Below, piece by piece: positions 58,758 to 64,000 of a stretch of 64,000 bases of DNA. The first letter of the stretch is position 1, and every line of letters starts with the position of its first letter. The stretch covers positions 35,624 through 99,623 of the forward strand of contig JBFLVH010000008.1 in assembly GCA_040758575.1 (NCBI GenBank), in the 5' to 3' direction. The DNA is from Bacteroidota bacterium (GTDB lineage: Bacteria > Bacteroidota > Bacteroidia > B-17B0 > Aurantibacillaceae). A program made the position numbers and the translations under genes. The notes beneath the pieces were generated by a model. That model did no database searches, was not told the origin of the DNA, and saw only the letters and a list, made by a program, of their open reading frames with translations.

Positions 58758-60413
58758 ATGCTGAAAGAATTAAGAGTTCAAAATTTTGCTCTCATCAATC
58801 ACGCTGAAATTGTTTTCAAAAAAACATTTGTTGTTATTACAGGTGAAACAGGTGCAGGAAAATCCATTCTTTTAGATGCTCTATCTCTTGCATTAGGCGA
58901 AAAAGCCGATACTTCCTATGTTTTTGATAAGTCAAAAAAAAGTATCATAGAAGCCGTTTTTGACCTTTCTCAATTGAACTTGCAGGAATTTTTTGAGCAA
59001 AATGATTTGGATTATCAACAAGAAACTTTTATTCGTAGAGAAATTACAGCAGACGGAAAATCCCGTGCTTTTATCAATGATACGCCTGTTAATGTCTCTG
59101 TATTAAAATCCTTGCGAGAATACTTAATTGACATACACTCTCAACATCAAAATCTCATTATTCATTCTGAAAAATTTCGTTTTAATTTTATTGATGCTCT
59201 TGCCAATTGTTTGAAAGAAAGAATAAATTATTCCAATTTATTTAAGCAATATCAAGCCAATAAAAAAGAACTGGAATCTCTTATTCAACAACAATACAAC
59301 TCACAAAAAGAAACAGAGTATCTTCAGTTTTTATTCAATGAATTAGAAGAAGCCAATATTAAAGAAGGCGAATTATCTGCTATAGAAGAAGAATTACAAC
59401 AATTAGAAAATGCAGAAAACATTATTCAGCAACTAACTGCTACTACTCAAACCTTGCAAAACGCTGAAATTAATGTTGTCCAATTACTTCATCAATGTAA
59501 AAATTATTTGAATAACATATCAAAATTTAATTCTGCTTACAACGATTTAGCACAAAGATTACAAAGTGTTTTAATTGAAGTGAAAGATATTAGCATAGAA
59601 GCAGAAAAATTATTATCAGATGTGCAAATCAATCCTGAAAGAATTGAACAACTGAATGATAGATTAAATGTTATCAACAAACTTTTGAAAAAGCACAATG
59701 TAAAAACAGATGCAGAATTACTACAAGTTCAAAAAGAAATAGAAAGTAAATTATTACAATATCAAAATATAGATGATATTATTATTGAAAAACAAAAACA
59801 ACTAACTCAACAAGAAAATCAATTAAAAAATCTGTCTCAACAATTATCTTCTAATCGTCATACTGCCAAATCAATCATAGAAAAGGAATGCGTTGAAATA
59901 CTGAAAGACCTTGCAATGCCTAACGCTCAATTCATTATAGATATTAAAGATACTGAACAACTCAATGAATACGGAACTAATGATATTCAGTTTTTATTTT
60001 CTGCAAACAAAGGCATTGCGCCTTCCGAAGTTCAAAAAGTAGCATCAGGTGGTGAAATATCAAGGTTAATGTTGACCATTAAATCATTGATGGCAAAGAA
60101 AATTCATTTGCCTACCATCATATTTGATGAAATAGATACAGGTGTGAGCGGTGCTGTGGCTTCTAAAATGGGCGATATAATGAAAAAGATGAGTGAGAAT
60201 ATGCAGGTGATTGCAATTACACATTTGCCACAAATTGCCGCAAAAGGACAACAACATTTGTATGTAAGTAAAGAAGATAAAAACAATATCACCATTTCAA
60301 GAATTACTGAATTAAATGATGAAGAAAGAGTAACAGAAATTGCTAAAATGTTGAGCAATGATGTGCCTGGTGAAGCCGCTTATCAAAATGCAAGAGAACT
60401 ACTAACTCGTTAA
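58758..60413 (+). CDS. recN: DNA repair protein RecN
   Basis: 551 aa. GETGAGKSIL Walker A, long coiled coil, SGGEISRLML signature, IIFDEIDTGVSG. Confidence 0.9.
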   Translation: MLKELRVQNFALINHAEIVFKKTFVVITGETGAGKSILLDALSLALGEKADTSYVFDKSKKSIIEAVFDLSQLNLQEFFEQNDLDYQQETFIRREITADGKSRAFINDTPVNVSVLKSLREYLIDIHSQHQNLIIHSEKFRFNFIDALANCLKERINYSNLFKQYQANKKELESLIQQQYNSQKETEYLQFLFNELEEANIKEGELSAIEEELQQLENAENIIQQLTATTQTLQNAEINVVQLLHQCKNYLNNISKFNSAYNDLAQRLQSVLIEVKDISIEAEKLLSDVQINPERIEQLNDRLNVINKLLKKHNVKTDAELLQVQKEIESKLLQYQNIDDIIIEKQKQLTQQENQLKNLSQQLSSNRHTAKSIIEKECVEILKDLAMPNAQFIIDIKDTEQLNEYGTNDIQFLFSANKGIAPSEVQKVASGGEISRLMLTIKSLMAKKIHLPTIIFDEIDTGVSGAVASKMGDIMKKMSENMQVIAITHLPQIAAKGQQHLYVSKEDKNNITISRITELNDEERVTEIAKMLSNDVPGEAAYQNARELLTR

Positions 60414-60419
60414 ATAAGA

Positions 60420-61241
60420 ATGTCGTCTAACAAAGGAAAAATAGGAATTTTTGATTCAGGTTATGGTGGATTAACTGTTTTCAAAGAAATATTAAAAGTG
60501 CTTCCTGAATATGATTATATCTATTTAGGTGATAATGCCCGTGCTCCTTATGGCAGCCGTAGTTTTGAAACAGTTTATCAATTTACAAAAGAATGCGTGC
60601 AATTGTTATTTGAAAAAAATTGTCCCCTTGTTATTCTTGCCTGCAATACCGCATCAGCCAAAGCATTGAGAACAATACAACAAAAGGACTTGCCTGTAAT
60701 AGCCCCTGAAAATCGTGTGTTAGGTGTTATCAGACCTACTGCAGAAGAAATCGGATATTTTACTAAAACAAAACACATCGGCATTTTTGCAACAGAAGGA
60801 ACAGTAAAATCAGAATCCTATCTATTAGAGATTAAAAAATTTTTTCCCGAATTAAAAGTAACGCAAGAGTCCTGCCCAATGTGGGTACCACTTGTAGAGA
60901 ATAATGAACACTTATCACCTGGTGCAGATTATTTCATTCAAAAGCATATTGATAATTTATTTCAAAAAGATAAAAACATTGACACTATCTTGCTGGGATG
61001 CACACATTATCCATTGTTGTTACAAAAATTAAAAATATTTCTTCCGCCTGAAATAAATATCATCTCGCAAGGCAGCATTGTTGCTAAAAAATTAAAAGAT
61101 TATTTAATAAGACATCCTGAAATAGAGAGTAGATTAGGAAAAAACTCAAACAAAACATTTTACACTACCATTGAATCAGAATGGTTCAATGAAAAAGCAG
61201 AATTGTTTTTTGGTGAAAAAGTGCAGGCGAATAGGATTTGA
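60420..61241 (+). CDS. murI: Glutamate racemase
   Basis: GIFDSGYGGLTV, ACNTAS, GCTHYP. 273 aa. Confidence 0.9.
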   Translation: MSSNKGKIGIFDSGYGGLTVFKEILKVLPEYDYIYLGDNARAPYGSRSFETVYQFTKECVQLLFEKNCPLVILACNTASAKALRTIQQKDLPVIAPENRVLGVIRPTAEEIGYFTKTKHIGIFATEGTVKSESYLLEIKKFFPELKVTQESCPMWVPLVENNEHLSPGADYFIQKHIDNLFQKDKNIDTILLGCTHYPLLLQKLKIFLPPEINIISQGSIVAKKLKDYLIRHPEIESRLGKNSNKTFYTTIESEWFNEKAELFFGEKVQANRI

Positions 61242-61249
61242 AATTTAAT

Positions 61250-64000
61250 TCACTCCACATCATCACAATGATACAATTTATGCGGCTTTGGATGATACTT
61301 CTGCGTAGATTGTCCATTCTTCTTTTCTTTCAGTAATTTAGCAATAATTCTTGCTCTCTCTTTTTGAATGTCTTCTTCTAACTTTTTATTTTCTTCATCA
61401 TCATAAAATATTTGTCCTTCAATAATTGTATATTTTACTTTTGAATTTACACTTAATGGAAAGTCCGTCCATAGAACTAAATCAGCCACTTTGCCTACTT
61501 CAATACTGCCCACTTCTTTATCTACACCTAATGCTTTTGCAGGATTAAGTGTTACCAATTTCAATGCTTGCACAGGTGTGAGTCCTCCATATTTGATGGT
61601 TTTTCCTGCTTCCTGATTCAGTCGTCTGCCCATTTCTGCATCATCAGAATTGATGCAGGTATTCACGCCCATTTTGGTAAGTAGTGCTGCATTATATGGA
61701 ATGGCTTCCATTACTTCCATTTTGTAAGCCCACCAATCGCTAAATGTAGAAGCATTTGCATTGTGTTGTTTTAATTTATCTGCCACTTTGTATCCTTCTA
61801 ATATATGCGTAAAAGTATTCACTCTGAATCCCAAACTATCTGCAAGATGTAACAACATATTAATTTCACTTTGCACATAACTATGACAGGTAATATCTCT
61901 TTTGTTTTCTAATATTTCCACCAATGCTTCCAGTTCTAAATCCTTTCTAAATGCTTTCTCTTTACCTTTTATTTTAGGTTGATTCAAATATTGCTGTTTT
62001 TCTTTCTGATATTTTTTCGCACGATGAAAGTAGTCGTTGAATACCTGTTCCACGCCCATTCGGGTTTGTGGAAAGCGGTCTGTTGGTGGGTTATTACCTT
62101 GCTTTACATTTTCTCCTAATGCAAATTTGATAGATGGACGGGCTTTTGAATATTTCATTTCATCTGCTGTGTAGCCCCATTTCAATTTGATGGTTTGACA
62201 TTGTCCTCCAATAGGATTAGCAGAGCCGTGCAAAAGTTGTGCAGTCGTTACACCACCTGCTAACTGACGATAAATATTAATATCTTCTGGATTGATTACA
62301 TCGCCAATTCTAACTTCTGCACTACTGGCTTGTGTCCATTCATTAACGCCTCCTTCAATAGCAATATGCGAATGTTCATCAATAATTCCTGGAGTAAGAT
62401 GTAATCCTTTGGCATCAATAATTTTTGCAAATGCCATTTTTGGAACATCAATGTTTGGTGCTATTCGCACAATTTTTCCATCAACTACATATACATCATA
62501 TTCGTTCAAAACACTATCTTTAGTATTTGTCCAGACAATAGCATCTTTTATCAGCAGGGCATCATAGCGATGTTTGAATTGTTCAATTGCTTTTTGAAAA
62601 AAATTCAATGTATCTCCCGATGGCTCTCCATAAGCACAAAAGGGATAATAAATTTTTCCAATATCAGTAATTGTTTCATCTTTCTTGTTAGATGAACTAT
62701 CTTTGATAGATTCTATTTTAGGTATTACTAAAACATTAGATTGTTGTGTTTTCAAGTTAAAAATCACTCCATAAATGCTACTATCTTTGAAGTTGTAATC
62801 CCCTGAAAAGGACAATTGATAAATAGAATCATTGAGTGAAAATGAAATTTTTGGAAATTCAATTTTGAAAGTAGATTTAATTTGTTGAGTGTCTTTTTTA
62901 ATTTTAAGTTTTAATGAAGAAATATTACCATCAACAAATAAAGATAAATTTATGTTATTAAATTTAAGATTGTATTTGCCTTTCAATTTATCTGCATCTC
63001 TATTGTAGAAAATATGGGGTTTTCCAAGAATCCAGTGTTCTATTATGGTAGTGTTTTCAGAAAAAATATCATTATCGGTGATAAAAAAATTCGCCAGATA
63101 ATTTTCTTTTAATTGACCAATTTTATCAGAAAGACCAATAAAATTAGCAGGATTGAAAGTAAGTGCTTTTAATATAGTTTTTTCAGAACATCCATATTTT
63201 TTTATTTTTCGTAAATAAGATAAAAATGTACTTTTATCTTTTAATCCATAAGAAGTTATCGCAAAATCAATATTATTTTTTTCAAGAAATGCGGCATTAG
63301 CAGGTGCCATTTCCCAATGTTTCAAATCTGAAAGTGAGATAATTTCAGCATCCAAAGGGTCGCTTACATCATAGGGCTCTGGAAAAGTCAAAGGAATAAT
63401 CAATTTAGGATGAAGTTGTTTTAATTCATTAATTCGTTGATATTCATCTCCATTTGTTTTGTAGATAAAAGATAAGCGAAATTCATTTGCAATTTTTTGT
63501 GCTCTGAAAATATCCCATTTATTTGAGCATTCAAAAATGATAGGCAGTTCTAATAATTTATTCAAGTATTCTAATGAGATATTGACTTCATCACTTTGAT
63601 TTTTATACCATTGTGCATCATATAATGATTGGCGAATGAGTGCAATAGAGCCCATTAAAGAGGATGGATAGTAATGTGGCGAGTTTCCTTTTTTGAAGGA
63701 TAAATTCGTAGATGCTTTTTCCTTAATAATTTGCTCGTGCTCTGATACATCAGCCAATGATACCAAAACATTAGTGCCACGAACGATGCCATCTTTAATG
63801 CCAGTTAAAGTAATACCAATTCCATTTTTTCTGTATTCATCTACTTTCTCTTTATTAAAAGTATAATTTTTAGAAGCATCAAAGTCGCTGTGAATAGAGG
63901 GGTTCCAATAGTATGCACCTTTGATATAATTTTCTTTGAATGAGCCCGTATTTTTTTGTTTTGGCAATTCGGGCATACCAAAATCAGAATACAAATCAAT
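61250..64000 (-). CDS. Large amidohydrolase-family protein (N-terminus beyond the window edge)
   Basis: More than 914 aa and open to the window end. Metal-binding IIDEHSHIA (HxH), CINSDDAE and GSIEVGKVADLVLW are typical of the amidohydrolase superfamily. Confidence 0.7.
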   Translation of the reverse strand: MDLYSDFGMPELPKQKNTGSFKENYIKGAYYWNPSIHSDFDASKNYTFNKEKVDEYRKNGIGITLTGIKDGIVRGTNVLVSLADVSEHEQIIKEKASTNLSFKKGNSPHYYPSSLMGSIALIRQSLYDAQWYKNQSDEVNISLEYLNKLLELPIIFECSNKWDIFRAQKIANEFRLSFIYKTNGDEYQRINELKQLHPKLIIPLTFPEPYDVSDPLDAEIISLSDLKHWEMAPANAAFLEKNNIDFAITSYGLKDKSTFLSYLRKIKKYGCSEKTILKALTFNPANFIGLSDKIGQLKENYLANFFITDNDIFSENTTIIEHWILGKPHIFYNRDADKLKGKYNLKFNNINLSLFVDGNISSLKLKIKKDTQQIKSTFKIEFPKISFSLNDSIYQLSFSGDYNFKDSSIYGVIFNLKTQQSNVLVIPKIESIKDSSSNKKDETITDIGKIYYPFCAYGEPSGDTLNFFQKAIEQFKHRYDALLIKDAIVWTNTKDSVLNEYDVYVVDGKIVRIAPNIDVPKMAFAKIIDAKGLHLTPGIIDEHSHIAIEGGVNEWTQASSAEVRIGDVINPEDINIYRQLAGGVTTAQLLHGSANPIGGQCQTIKLKWGYTADEMKYSKARPSIKFALGENVKQGNNPPTDRFPQTRMGVEQVFNDYFHRAKKYQKEKQQYLNQPKIKGKEKAFRKDLELEALVEILENKRDITCHSYVQSEINMLLHLADSLGFRVNTFTHILEGYKVADKLKQHNANASTFSDWWAYKMEVMEAIPYNAALLTKMGVNTCINSDDAEMGRRLNQEAGKTIKYGGLTPVQALKLVTLNPAKALGVDKEVGSIEVGKVADLVLWTDFPLSVNSKVKYTIIEGQIFYDDEENKKLEEDIQKERARIIAKLLKEKKNGQSTQKYHPKPHKLYHCDDVE

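Noticed and set aside
1-64000. tRNA, rRNA, transposase, integrase, prophage or toxin-antitoxin genes
   Set aside because: The only intergenic gaps over 100 nt are 8387-8971 and 47715-47819, and neither contains tRNA-like GC-rich arms (no GTTCGAATC-type T-loop). No ORF shows DDE, tyrosine or serine recombinase or phage structural motifs.

Overview
AT-rich (about 30% GC by eye), densely packed chromosomal segment from a Bacteroidota genome (Flavobacteriia/Sphingobacteriia-like). Supporting signs are the gliding-motility ABC genes gldA and gldF-gldG, and exact Bacteroidetes-type TAnnTTTG -7 boxes 5-22 nt upstream of several start codons. About 55 protein genes. I saw no rRNA, tRNA, CRISPR array, transposase or integrase. 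Housekeeping genes: pepF, suhB-like, HD phosphohydrolase, aspS, MATE, pcm, gatC, plsC, uvrC, comM/yifB, lipB, pstS-CAB-phoU, envC-like, bioF-D-A, recN, murI. Accessory content: (1) 4.07-8.39 kb holds a compact minus-strand class II lanthipeptide operon. It comprises a 79-aa precursor, a 961-aa LanM and a translationally coupled secreted HExxH peptidase. It sits between gldA and gldF-gldG and has no LanT/C39 exporter, immunity genes or regulator. The precursor is unusual: its Cys/Ser/Thr core lies in the middle, flanked by two copies of a leader-like LV(E/D)RYxxA(L/I)G motif. The LanM kinase-like loop reads DIIADN rather than the DxHxEN I recall. This is my best candidate for the novel system. 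(2) 15.2-26.2 kb is a surface-glycan locus with an Fe-ADH/aminotransferase pair, glycosyltransferases, AsnB, a macro-domain gene, an HddC-GmhB fusion and a gene remnant. (3) 37.0-42.9 kb is a TolC-HlyD-ABC exporter whose ABC ATPase domain looks catalytically degenerate, followed by an ABC-2 permease with no adjacent ATPase. (4) An AAA-ATPase-like/PD-(D/E)XK gene is wedged between pstS and pstC. GC-rich or long palindromic hairpins mark several intergenic sites, and an AT-rich palindromic tandem array lies at 99-243. All calls come from reading the translations and sequence by eye; no searches were run.
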